64,000 nucleotides of DNA from Tubiluchus corallicola (taxonomy: Eukaryota > Animalia > Priapulida), in assembly GCA_030141605.1 (NCBI GenBank), contig JAQGDQ010000180.1, positions 310,001 to 374,000 on the forward strand. Reading direction: 5' to 3'. The translations under genes and the position numbers were made by a program. The notes under the pieces were generated by a model. It was not told the DNA's origin. It saw nothing but the letters and a program-made list of their open reading frames with translations, and made no database searches. Numbering within the stretch: the stretch's first letter is position 1; each line of letters starts with the position of its first letter. Of this stretch, positions 1-11,379 are shown piece after piece.

Positions 1-8
1 CCCCAAGT

Positions 9-715
9 CAGTGGTTCCTAACCTTTTACTATCCAAGTCCCTTTCGAATTCAGCGATCTACCGCGCGCCTCTCATCATTTCTTAGTAATATGAGCTTCTA
101 GAAAACATTTTTTACTACTGTGATTTAACTATACAAGCGTGAATAAATTATGCAAGCAAAACCGATAAACGAAACATCAAATTCAAGAACAAAATACAAA
201 AAAAGACGATCGGATGTCAATTCGGAAGACAAACTTGCAGTCGAACTGTGAAGTAGCCTCAATGACCACCTCGTTGACGCGGGCTTATCCAAAAACCGCC
301 AACCTCCCGTACGCCCATCCGCAAACGCATTTACTGCGCCAAACGTCTATTTTACTTAATAAATTAATCACGTAATAATGCCAGGCAGTGCGCAGTGAAT
401 TAAGTGAAAAATGCTGTTGTGTTACAAAAACAAAGACTTTTTTCAAATACAAACAATGACGATGTTTAAGGCTTTAAATCTTGTAGCACACTCTTTCCTC
501 CCACCAGGAGGCCGTTACTCCCGTAAAATTCGTACTCCGTACTTGTAGTACGCTGTACAGCAAACAAGAACATTCTGACGTGTTACACGACACAACTTTC
601 GGGCTTAGCTGTTTCGTATCCCCACTCCCTCCCCCTCCCCCGGGGGTTAAGAACCACTGATTTTACGTAATGCTGGAACCCAAGGGGTATTCGTACTCCA
701 TGTTAGGAACCACTG
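9..715. mobile_element. hAT (Charlie-like) MITE
   Basis: TIR CAGTGGTTCCTAAC...GTTAGGAACCACTG; degenerate 8-bp TSD ccccaagt/ctcctagt; a second internal right end (ggttaagaaccactg) near 645-659. Confidence 0.7.
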
Positions 716-1549
716 CTCCTAGTTAACTGAGTTTAGTGTCACTAGGCTTTGTGTTTTTGTGTGCCAGGCTGTCGCGCCTTCCTTTTCTCTTATGAATAAG
801 ATGTTTATTGTGACATAACTAATTGAAGTTCTCGTAAATAAGCTATCTGGGTGACTAATCTCTACTATGCGAACGAACTGAATTGTTCGAAGCTTCCACA
901 AGTCCGCTTACTGTAATCTCAGACAATCCCACGATAAAGACAGTGCTAGTTGTGTTACCGAGTATTTGTAAAGGCGGAACTTAAATCTACAAAAACTGTC
1001 AAAATTGCGTAGCTTAATGAGGATAACCATTATTGTAGAATTAATCGACTTTCAGTGTAATTGTGCGAGGAAGACACGTCCTCTTGAAGGTCGTGACAGG
1101 CAAGACGGGTGTGAAGAGCAAACAAGTTGAACTAAAACTTCACGCGTCGTCTATTGCAAATGCCAATCAAATATTTACGTGACTTGAGTAAACAAAACAA
1201 CCATTAATTTCAACTTCTCTTGCCTTTTTCTTCATAGATGCTAATCGACGATGTCTATCGTTTAGGTAATTGTTATCACTGGATTAAGCTGAGTACTTGC
1301 TTTGATCTATTTGTTCAATACCTCTGTGTGTCGTATCAAATGGGCTCTTAGTTTGACAATAAAACGTCACGGTCAAATGCAGTTTTTCATATTGCAAGCG
1401 GATATTTTCCGATGGACATTTTAATGTTTTTCTACTTCATAATATATATGTTGTTTTTAAATGATTTTGATCTTTATTGATTTTAACTATCATACTGCAG
1501 GGCGTCAGAATTTACGAACTATAATCCGCGAGCACAAGAAAACCGTCCA

Positions 1550-2160
1550 CTGACATAAACCACTTATATACTGGCTTTTTGCATACAGGGCTTGCGTCGG
1601 CAGTAAAGCTGTATAAAACATGTAAATTTGAACTCCCGCGATGACCATGACCATTTTGACGATAGGCCATTTGAAACAAGTTTAGGTAACACTGAGAAAA
1701 GTTTGAAAAAATAATTAAAGCACTCCTAGTGCATACGTCACTAACTAAGTAAAATTTTAATTTACTGTATCTTGTCACTAAATTAAAAATACGTTTTTCG
1801 GTTAGTGAGTGGCGCATCCTGGAGGGTGAATCAACGAAATTTTACCACTTGACACCGACATTTTAAATTATTACTTCTAGTTACATAAGTGTTTCCAGTA
1901 GATAAGCGAAATGCCAAGTAATATAGATTTGCACGGAAAGTATTTTGGGACCTAATTTAATATTCCCTTTTCTTCCCCTGATTTACATTGTGCGTATATG
2001 ACGTCACGTAATGGCGCCGTTGGAGCACTATTGCGGGAGATTTAAAATGAAAACAAACAAAAAATCCTTTTCAACGCGAGTATAATCATAAAATTGTTAT
2101 AAAGTAATATAATTTTGGTGATTTTGCTGAGGCGTACTTCAGGTGCCTCTTTTCTTATCT
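1550..2160. repeat. Dispersed repeat (composite family E), related to the interior of the mariner-like MITE at 62051-62726
   Basis: 1720-2160 matches the reverse complement of 7947-8385; 1850-2160 matches 62340-62640; 1560-1750 resembles 3240-3450. Confidence 0.65.
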
Positions 2161-2544
2161 TTCAAGATTTATTTTTTCCGTGCTAATATTTGTAACGATG
2201 TTGATTGTTTACAATGTTATTATTGTCAATAAAATGCTATTATTATAATACATTTATCATAAAATTCTCGTGCTACAAGAAAAATGCAGCTTTTTCTTTG
2301 AATATAGGCTGAATGGTTTTTCATGCCAAAGAGAAGCCATTGGAATCCACCTGCTTGCTAAGCTGTAGAAGCCATTACATGAACGAGTTTTACAAGCTTC
2401 AAACTTGTCAGAATCTGCTGCTGAAAGCTGTAAGAGACCAAATGTCAAACCATTTCGTCCCTATCTTGCATGAAATCTGTATCAAATAATGCATTTCAAT
2501 GACGTTCTGCTTGGCGAAACTGTGTAATGCTAGGCTTGTGATTT

Positions 2545-2610
2545 ACTTCGACCGGGAATTGAACCCGGGACCTTCTAACTCTCGGTCAGAAGTGCAACGA
2601 GTTAAGATCA
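2545..2610 (-). mobile_element. tRNA-derived SINE head fragment
   Basis: Minus strand carries a B-box-like GGGTTCAATTCCC. Confidence 0.45.
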
Positions 2611-2697
2611 GTACCGGCGTAGTAACTATTGCCTAGTTCACTTCACATTTAACGTAATTTTTCTTTAATGAAAACATTCTTCACTAGTAAAGCTTAA

Positions 2698-3220
2698 AGG
2701 AAAGGTCAAGCCTTCTAGGAGATTAGGCTCATTTTAATGTTCGCGAAAAATGTTAGAAAGATTTACTAATAAAACTGCAATAAGCGCCTCGTGTAATTAG
2801 TAAAATTATTTTAAAGTCGCGATCACTTCATGCTTGGGCGCTCCCATTTTCAATACCCATTCTTCTTCCAATGACGTCATTCGTCTTGAAGAAAAGTAGC
2901 GCACTGTAAATCTTCATCAAAAGTATAATAAGTTTTTTTTTAAAAAATAGATATTTTTGTGATGTTCTTGCGTGAACATTAAGTAAACTGCAGAAGTTTG
3001 AATTAGTTTAAGCGCTTACGAAAAGTTACGAAGTCTCCTCGTTATGTTATGATTTTCAAGTGAATGGCGGCAACCTCCGCGTCTGAAAATTTCTATTCAG
3101 GGGTAGTTTATTTTAAATTAATGTTTTATAGGCAGTTGTTTGCAAATTTCTTTGCTATTTTCTAAGTTTAAGTGACAAAAATAAAATAAACCCAACATAC
3201 TGAGTGACTTGTTCTATCCT
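2698..3220 (+). mobile_element. Kolobok-like non-autonomous DNA transposon, family B copy 1
   Basis: TTAA|AGGAAAGGTCAAG...CTTGTTCTATCCT|TTAA; homologous copies at 21575, 28735 and 39362. Confidence 0.75.
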
Positions 3221-3224
3221 TTAA

Positions 3225-3648
3225 AATTTGTCTGGAAATTGTGTATCATTTACCTACTGTCTTATTGCACGCAGGGCTTCCTTTAGCAGTAACACTGTAT
3301 AAAACTTGTAAATTTAAACTTCTGCGATGACCGTTAGGCGCACATTTCTCTGCGGCATTTATTTAAAACAGGTTCAGATAATATTGTGTAAAGTTTGAAA
3401 AAATAATCAGCGCATTAGTAGTACAGTCTTTGCTAACTAAGTAAAAATACTTGATAGTTCATATTGTCAAAAAGATCAATAATGCGCTTTTGGCGAACCT
3501 GTGGCTCACAGTTTCGTATAACTGTTTTACCAGTTGGCGCATTTTTTTTAAATTACAGTATCAAGAATTTTTCCAGCATGGAAAGTTTTTTAGGGTGTAC
3601 TTTAAAATGTACTTTTCTTTCCTTTTAACCCTATAAGCAAGCATTTGC
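3225..3648. repeat. Dispersed repeat (family E segment)
   Basis: Matches the reverse complement of about 8385-8800. Confidence 0.6.
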
Positions 3649-3687
3649 TTTGTTTACCAAACTGTAGATTTCTTTCGCCAGTTCATT

Positions 3688-4068
3688 AAGCTTTTTCACA
3701 GTTTCGTTATGCGCACGTGCAGTTATTGTAAGTAAAAGGTTTATTGTACCACAGTAGCGCATCTTAACTACAACCGGCACATGATATGTGGGTAAAGCAA
3801 AGTCGTCTGCGGCGTTAGTTTAGTAACTTCAGTTGTTTTACGTGGACTTTACTTAATTGAACATTAGTCTGTGTGTGGAGTAATTTCTTGCAGGATCTTG
3901 TTTGAGAACAAGAAAAAATGAACTAGGTAAGGTTCTAGCTAGCTGTTAAAACTGTTACTATTACAATAGCTTTGGCTGCGAGGCGTTGTCAAGTGTACAC
4001 AAGTGCGCTGTCTAGTACACTTAACCTTTTCACGATCACCATCAATTGATGGAACTACAAAAAGGCTT
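3688..4068 (+). mobile_element. MITE family D copy 1 (PIF/Harbinger/ISL2EU-like termini)
   Basis: About 380 bp, TIR AAGCCTTTTCACAGTT; copies at 7237, 26129 and 50634. Confidence 0.7.
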
Positions 4069-4776
4069 ATTTTATAAAGTGGTGTTAATGCTTTTATCTG
4101 CGCACTATTGATGCTGTATAATATAGATGTCTCTGGGCTCTCCGTGATAATCTAACCCACTTCCTGACCCAGTGCTTCGGGGATTTTTGTTGAAAGCGAC
4201 CTGGAATATTGCCTTATTACATGATAAGGCCTTATTTATTATCAATGCTATGCAGTGCTGCATCAGATCAATAATAGTTTATCGCAAAAGTGCTTTCGGC
4301 TAAATATGCGAATGAAGTCGTATTGTATTGCAGAGCAGCGATTGAATAACCTATATACGTAGCTAGTCGCAAAATATTCTTCGACTTTGACACGACTTTG
4401 GTCTCAAACTTGAGCAGATTATAAACTTCTCGTTACGGTCACAGAGCTATTTTCATAAAATGTTTGGAAAATTAACGAAAAAAGATATTTAAAAGCTCGG
4501 GTACCGCCACCTTGTTCTGTTTTAATAAAAATCTTAATTAAATCACGTGAAGCTAGGAAAGACGCAACTTTGAAATTCGAGACCACCTTCACTGCCATTT
4601 ACTTGGGCCTTAGGGTCTTCCAAAATTTGATAAGAAAGATGCTCCGTTGGGCTAGCAGCCGTTAGCTGAGCTTAATAGTACTGAAAGCCTGGAGATTTCT
4701 AGACAAAATTTTGGCTCCTTTCATACTGCTATGTGTTAATAGAATAGATAAGTGTTCCATTTCTTCTGGTAACATT

Positions 4777-5277
4777 TGTTTCTATTTGCTTATCTCATGA
4801 TTCTCATATTTTTGTTTAAATATTCTTCTTGTTTAGCTTACTTGCTGGAAGGTGTAGCTGTCGGTAAAATCTCTATGAGAACTGGCGTTCTTACTGCTAT
4901 GTTAGTGCTGCAGGCAAAAAATCAGCAGCAGCAGCACCAGCACCAGCAGCAGCAGCAGCAACAGCAACAACAACAACAGCAGCAGCACCAGTAGCAGCAA
5001 CAGAAACAGCAGCAGCAGCAGAAGAAGAAGAAGAAGAAGCAGAAGAAGCAGCAGCAGTAGCAACACAGCAGCAGCAGTAGTAGCAGCAGCAGCAGCAAAA
5101 GAAGAAGAAGAAGAAGAGGAAGCAGTAGCAGCAGAGCAGCAGTAACAGCACAGCAGCAGTAGCACCACCACCACCAGCAGCAGCGACAGAAATAGCAGCA
5201 GTAGGCGTAGCAGCAGCAGCAGCAACAGCAGTAGTAGTAGTAGTAGCAGCAGCAGCAGAAGAAGAAGCATCAGCAGT

Positions 5278-5308
<31 letters not shown>

Positions 5309-5562
5309 CCAGTAGCAGCAACAGAAACAGCCGCAGTAGCAGTAGTAGTAGTAGCAGCAGCAGCAGAAGAAGCAGAAAGAGAAGCAGAAGTAACAGTAAC
5401 AGCAACAGCAGAAGCAGTAACGCTGCAACTGCACTAACATAGCAGTAAGAACGCCAGTTCTCATGGAGATTTTACCGACAGCTACACCTTCCAGCACGTA
5501 AGCTAACGAAGAATAATATTTAAACAAACAGATGAGAATCATGAGGTAAGCAAACAGAAACA
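4777..5562. repeat. Foldback structure: 132-bp inverted arms enclosing a compound CAG/TAG/AAG/CAA microsatellite
   Basis: 4777-4908 is a near-perfect reverse complement of 5431-5562; trinucleotide repeats at about 4922-5420. Confidence 0.85.
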
Positions 5563-6702
5563 TACGAAAGCAGTACTCATAGAAACACACTATTGGTATA
5601 ATGTATTTTCCTGTTTCTTTTTCTGTGTCTTTTCCCAACATTGTTAAGTAAAATATTTTAAACTAAAAAAATTAAAAAATGTATCAAAGCGATTTTTGTG
5701 TCTTTTTCCTTTCATCTAAAGACAGTACACTGCCGCGGAGTGCTAAAACTGAACCGGAACTACTTCATTTGTTGTCGCTAAGAATTGCACTTCTGTTTTG
5801 CTGAAAATTTCTATTTAACAAAGTGTATATCAACAGCTACACGGCAGCCGCAAGCAAAAGGCTGTAGCAATCAAAACTGTTACTCAATAGCCAACTGACG
5901 ATGTCTTGCTCGGTCAACATTCAAGAAAGTCAACAAGGAAACACGTCCGACAGCCCACGAGAAGCCAGTGAGGACTATCACTGCGTTATCAATATTGGCA
6001 TAACTAATGTGTGTGTTATTATTGACTGTTTGTTGATAATGGCGTTTCACAAAGGGCTTGATATCTGGCAAAGCCCTAAGATCGGGAGACTAATAGCTAT
6101 CAGCTCTTCCGTTAATAGACAAACAAGGCTGTTAATAATCACCAGGTTTTTCGCCTGATTATCAGCCTACGTGCTTTTGTTGTTGACGATCCGGTTAGAA
6201 ACCTGTCAAAGGCTTCAGAAGTCCGAGTCGTGCCATAAACACTTAATAGAGCATTAACTGTTGATAACACCGCCTGCTGTTGACCACGTGCAAAGACTTT
6301 AGCCAATAATCAAAACTTGACAGTGGATATGAACTGAGATTTCAATGATTTCAGATAAGTTCTGATTTTAGAAAACCAAAAAAAAACTGCCTTTCGCCTT
6401 AAAACATAAGAAAATCCTTCACTTACATAAAGCTGAAAAATTCGTTTTGAAATTTTGTATTACCTTGTATTATATATAATTACAAATTAGAAACATTATT
6501 ACATATTATTACACTTAAGAAGAGAATACCTATTACAGGAAATTTAGGGAGATCAAGTAACAGGTATTCCCTTTTTAAGTGTACAGTATATAATTTAATT
6601 AGTTTTTAACTGCTGCTGAATAGTTTTTTATTCTTCGGTGACATAAGCTTTTGGAGCTTGTAGTTGTCTGATTTTAAAATTGAGGTAAGATAAATGTTTA
6701 TC

Positions 6703-6907
6703 TTGTTTTGTCTTGTCTTGTTTTGCCTTGCCTCGTCTTGTCTTGTTTTGCCTTGTCTTGCCTTGCCTTGTCTTGCCTTGTCTCGTCTTGCCTTGCCTTG
6801 CCTTGCCTTGTCTTGCCTTGTTTTGCCTTGTCTTGCCTTGCCTTGTCTTGCCTTGCCTTGTCTCGTCTCGCCTTGTCTCGTCTTGCCTTGTCTTGTCTTG
6901 TCTTGTC
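6703..6907. repeat. Pentanucleotide microsatellite (TTGCC/TTGTC)n
   Basis: Direct reading. Confidence 0.95.
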
Positions 6908-7236
6908 GTTTGAAACAAGTTTAGATAACATCGCGTAATGTTTGAAAAAATAATCAGAGCATTCGCGGCGCACGTTAATAAATAAGCAAAAATTTAAATC
7001 ACTGCATCTTGTCAATAAGATTGAATAGTTTGAAAAAATAACTAGAGCATTCATAGCACCTCACCAGCCAACCAAAAGTATAAACTGCTGTATCGTGTGC
7101 ATAAGATTAAAAATACAATTTCCCTTTCTTCCCCTTTATAAATTTTCTTTTCATTATTATCTAATTTCTATCAATGAATGTTGTGTCTTACATAATATTT
7201 GCGAATCAGTATGCTATATGCCACGTTAACAACAGC

Positions 7237-7619
7237 AAGCCTTTTCACAGTTCCAGTGATTGATGACGATCGTGAAGAGGTTAAGTCTACCAGACAACGT
7301 ATTTGTGTACACTTGACAACGCCTCGCAGCCCAAGCTATTGTAATAGTAACAGTTTTAACTAGCTAGCTAGAACATTACCTAGTTAATTTTTCCTCGTTC
7401 CCAAGCAAGATCCAGCTAGTAAATCACTTTACGCACTGACTAATGCATAGTTGAGTAAAATCCACGTAAAATAACTGAAGTTACTGAACTGACGCAATAA
7501 ACGGCTTTGCTTTACACACATTTCACGTGACGCTTGTGTGTAAGACGCGTTGCTGAGGTACACTTAACCTTTGACCAACAGCAACTGCGCATGCGCACAA
7601 CGAAACCGTGAAAAGGCTC
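7237..7619 (-). mobile_element. MITE family D copy 2 (inverted relative to copy 1)
   Basis: Reverse-complement match to 3688-4068 with the same TIRs. Confidence 0.7.
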
Positions 7620-7946
7620 ATTCAATCCACAAGCTTAATCACGTACTACTTTTACATGTAAAAAATACTTGGCGTATTTTGTTTGTTGTTCTAACAATAA
7701 TGTTCATTTCGCCTCCCGGCTAGGAAATACGAAGGTCAAAAAGGACCGCTAAACGTCTTCCGGTCATCGACTATTCCATTTTCTGGAAACGATTTTGACG
7801 TAAAATAAGTAAATAACATTTCCGGAATGTAGGAAAAGTGTTTGTTCTTCGCTTTTCAATACGACGGTTCGTTACTTCATCAGGGAAACCAGTACATTAA
7901 TAAACAAACAAGGAGGTTGTCGGGGGAAATCTCAAACGCTTTAAAG

Positions 7947-8800
7947 GACAAGAAAAGGGATGCCCAAGTAGGCTTCACAAAAATTGCTTTAAAAATTCTA
8001 TTATTTTACAGCCATTTTTTGCATATATGGTACTCGTCTTGAAAGGATTTTTTGTTTGTTTTCATTTTAAATCTCCCGCAATATTGTTCCGACGGTGATA
8101 TTACGTGACGTCACTACGCACAATGTAAATCAAACGAAGAAAAGAAAATGTTATGTCCCAAAAAACTTTTAATACAAATCTATATTACTTAGCATTTCGC
8201 TTACCTGTTGAAAAGACTTATGTAACTAGAAATAATAATTTAAAATGTTCGTGGCGATTGGTAAAATGTCGCTGACTCACCCTCCAGGGTGCACCACTCA
8301 CTAATTAAAAACGTATTTTAATTGACAATTTTAAACTTATTGACAAGCTACAGTAATTTAAAATTTTACTTAGTGACGTGTGCAAGCAAATGCTTGGTTA
8401 TAGGATTAAAGGAAAAGAAACGTAAATTTTAAAGTACACCCTATAAAACTTTCCATGCTGGAAAAACTTCTTGATGTCGTAATTTAAAAAAAAATGCGCC
8501 AACTGGTAAAACAGTATTAGCAAAGGCGCACCACAGGCTCACCCCAAAACGCATTATTGATTTTTTTGACAATATAACGTATCAAGTAATTTTGCTTAGT
8601 TAGCAAAAAGTGTACTACGATTATTCTCCAAACTTCACACAATGTTATGTAAACTTGTTTCAAGTTACCTACCATCAATAATGGCTGCGCCCACGGGAGT
8701 TTAAATTTACAAGTTTTATACAGCATCGTTACTGCCGACGCAAGCCCTGCATGCAAAGAGGCAGCATGTAAGTGGTATAAAATTTCAAGACGAAATTTAC
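7947..8800. repeat. Dispersed repeat family E, inverted copy
   Basis: Reverse complement of 1720-2160 joined to the reverse complement of 3225-3648. Confidence 0.65.
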
Positions 8801-8959
8801 GTAAGTGGTGAGATTTTTTGTGCTTTAACAAACACAGTCCGTCGCCAAGTGAAAGAATTTTCGTATTTTAGTGCACTTAAATTCTTAGTGGTTCCGCTAT
8901 CATATTTGCGAAACAAACCTTTCTAAGCTCGTTTTATTTTTACATTCACAAATCAGTGT

Positions 8960-9495
8960 TCGGACACTCTTATCTTCTAACGGTCATCCAATATTGCCGA
9001 ATTGTAACTGTGGATTTCGATTTGAGTCTGTTGAACACTTTTTGTTGCACAGTCCATTGTTTCAACTAGCTAGGGTTGTTATGTTTGATAAATTAAATGA
9101 AATGCTTCTGCCCGAAAACCTTAGTATAGCTGCCTTAGGAACTAATGATCTGTTGAAGTTGTTATTATTCGGAAAAAATGAATTTAACTATGTTGCTAAC
9201 TGTAAAATATTCCAATGTATACATGACTTTATATTACGTACTAAACGCCTCCAGTAGTTTCTATCTGATATGAAATGCATCAATCTTAGATATTCGTACA
9301 TTAATATTTTCTAACCGTCATTTTCTACCAATGTGTAATGTATTCTTGTAGGAAAGCTTGTCAGCTTGTGTAGTTATAGTCTATTCTTACAGTAAATGTT
9401 TTTGTAAATAGTGTATAAAGTCTGTTGCGGTGAGGATCCTAAATCATGTTGTTCAAACTGTCTGATCAAATCCTATAATAAATTATGTTTAAACT
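8960..9495 (+). mobile_element. LINE (CR1/L2-clade) 3' end remnant
   Basis: ORF2 C-terminal Zn-knuckle-like CNCGFRFESVEHFLLHSPLF...LLLFG followed by a 3' UTR with AATAAA. Confidence 0.6.
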
Positions 9496-10639
9496 AACAT
9501 ATAGATCGATTGCTGTGCTACTAAAAATAATTTCCGCAATATATCAACTATGAATTGCACCGTTTTCGTCGCACAAGGTTTAGTGAAAAATCGACTAATT
9601 TTGGTAGTTGAAAGCTTCAGGTATTGAATCTTCGTAAACCTGCCTCAGTGCAAAACAAATTGATAACAATTAATGTGAATATGTCAACCCTCGTCACGTG
9701 ATTGTCTCCTTTGGGTTTAGGCGAGTTTCCTGTTTATAGTATAACATGATTTTGGAGATTGCAGTTTGTTATTACTTTTTAGAAAAAAGACAAAACACAA
9801 TGGATGTGGTTGGCTAATAAAAACTCACAATGTTTTTACAGTAATATATGTGCCGTAAACAGAGCCTATCAGAGGGGAGGGGGTCCAGTCGGTACTTTGT
9901 TCTGGGGCCCAAGACCTAAGAAAGGCCCCACAGTAACCATACAACACCCACCCACACATCGAGAACAACCACTTTCGACTACCCCCAGCCCGACACACAC
10001 TAAAACATCACTATACTTATCACACCACATTTACTTCTTTTTTCATTAGTATATATTAGTAACTATTGTAGGACTGATTGTGTAGACATTTTATAGCCAA
10101 ATTCATTTTGATAGTGTTATTAGAAATTTTGCAACGAAAACCAGAAAGGCACATTTTAATTAGTACTCTAGTTAAGCATTAAACTAGTTTTTTTAAGAAA
10201 AGCATTTCCGTTTAACGAACATATTATGAACTCCCTCAAAGAAATTTTTATAAACGCTTAAAAGGCATTTCACTAAGAAAACACCCTAAAAGGTTTTTTA
10301 TTGTTGTTAGATTATGTTGCTGCATTAATTGAATATGGTTGTTACGTTATGTTATATCTGGTCGCAGAAACAAAGCAGTTATAAGTTTACATGTAGATAT
10401 ACTGGACATCAAATCCTCAATTTTGAGAAAGACCTTTGCCCGTCTCGCGGCCCCAAAGTGGTCTTGTACAGCTTTGCAGAATTTCTCTTGCAGTAAAAAC
10501 CTAAACCTGACTTGCTACCCGACTACCTTGCTACCTGACTTGCTACACTATACTAAATCTTGAGCTACAAAAATAGCAACGTCATCGGTATCATATGGTC
10601 AATTTTTCTCAAATCAAGTTGTACCGATTTGGAACTCAT

Positions 10640-11035
10640 TGCTGCATATGTTGATGGTGCACCCCTCGTAACTGCACGAAATATTAAGTTATTTAAAAGT
10701 CGCTTACACAAAGTTAACTTGCACAAATTCCTTGTAGACAATAAACACATGTAAGCAGTTAATCTCTTTGTGTTTTTACCGCACTCTTGTAAATATTGTA
10801 TTTGTATGTTTCTTGCCACAAAAAATTAAATTATTTAAAAGTTGCTTACACAAAGTTAACTTGCATAAATTCCTTGTAGACAATAAACACATGTAAGGAA
10901 TTAGTCTCTTTGTGTCTTTACCACACTCTTGTAAATATTGTATTTGTATGTTTTTTGCCAACGTGTTTCATGTTGTTTTTATTATAAACTGTATTTTACT
11001 ATTGGGTGTGAATAAAGTAAATAAATAAATAAATA
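10640..11035 (+). mobile_element. LINE 3' end remnant with an internal ~142-bp tandem duplication and (AAAT)n tail
   Basis: ARNIKLFKSRLHKVNLHKFL typical of an ORF2 C-terminus; inverted copy at about 37005-37260. Confidence 0.6.
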
Positions 11036-11245
11036 AACAGCAGCACCAACTTTAGTAGCAGCAGCAGTGCCGACTGGCTGTACGTGAAAATAATAAAAGC
11101 AAAATAATTAGTAGAATAAAAGCAACTTGTAACAAGAAATCTCACTGTTTGCTGTTTTATGATGGAGGTATAAAGTCGTCGAGTTAATTGTGAAGACGCA
11201 AAACTTCGGATTGAGCAGCAAAATCAGTTGTTTTCTCTGTTTCAG

Positions 11246-11379
11246 ATGGGAACAAAAGTGATAAAAATAGCATTAACTCTATTACTGATGTGTAGCGTGG
11301 CGTCTGCTGCTTCGTTTGGATCAAGAAATCAATTACACATATGCTTTGCTAACTGTGCACAATGTAAACAGGCTTTTAG
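11246..11379 (+). CDS. Eh: Eclosion hormone-like neuropeptide precursor, coding exon 1 of 2
   Basis: ttttctctgtttcAG|ATG; encodes MGTKVIKIALTLLLMCSVASAASFGSRNQLHICFANCAQCKQAF(R), i.e. signal peptide plus CxxNCAQCK; donor AG|GTAAGC, phase 2. Confidence 0.92.

Noticed and set aside
4776-5641. Poly-Q, poly-L, poly-C and poly-A ORFs
   Set aside because: Translations of a trinucleotide microsatellite and its inverted arms; no splice or domain support
6628-7054. Overlapping RQDK/LVLPC repeat ORFs
   Set aside because: Pentanucleotide microsatellite artefacts
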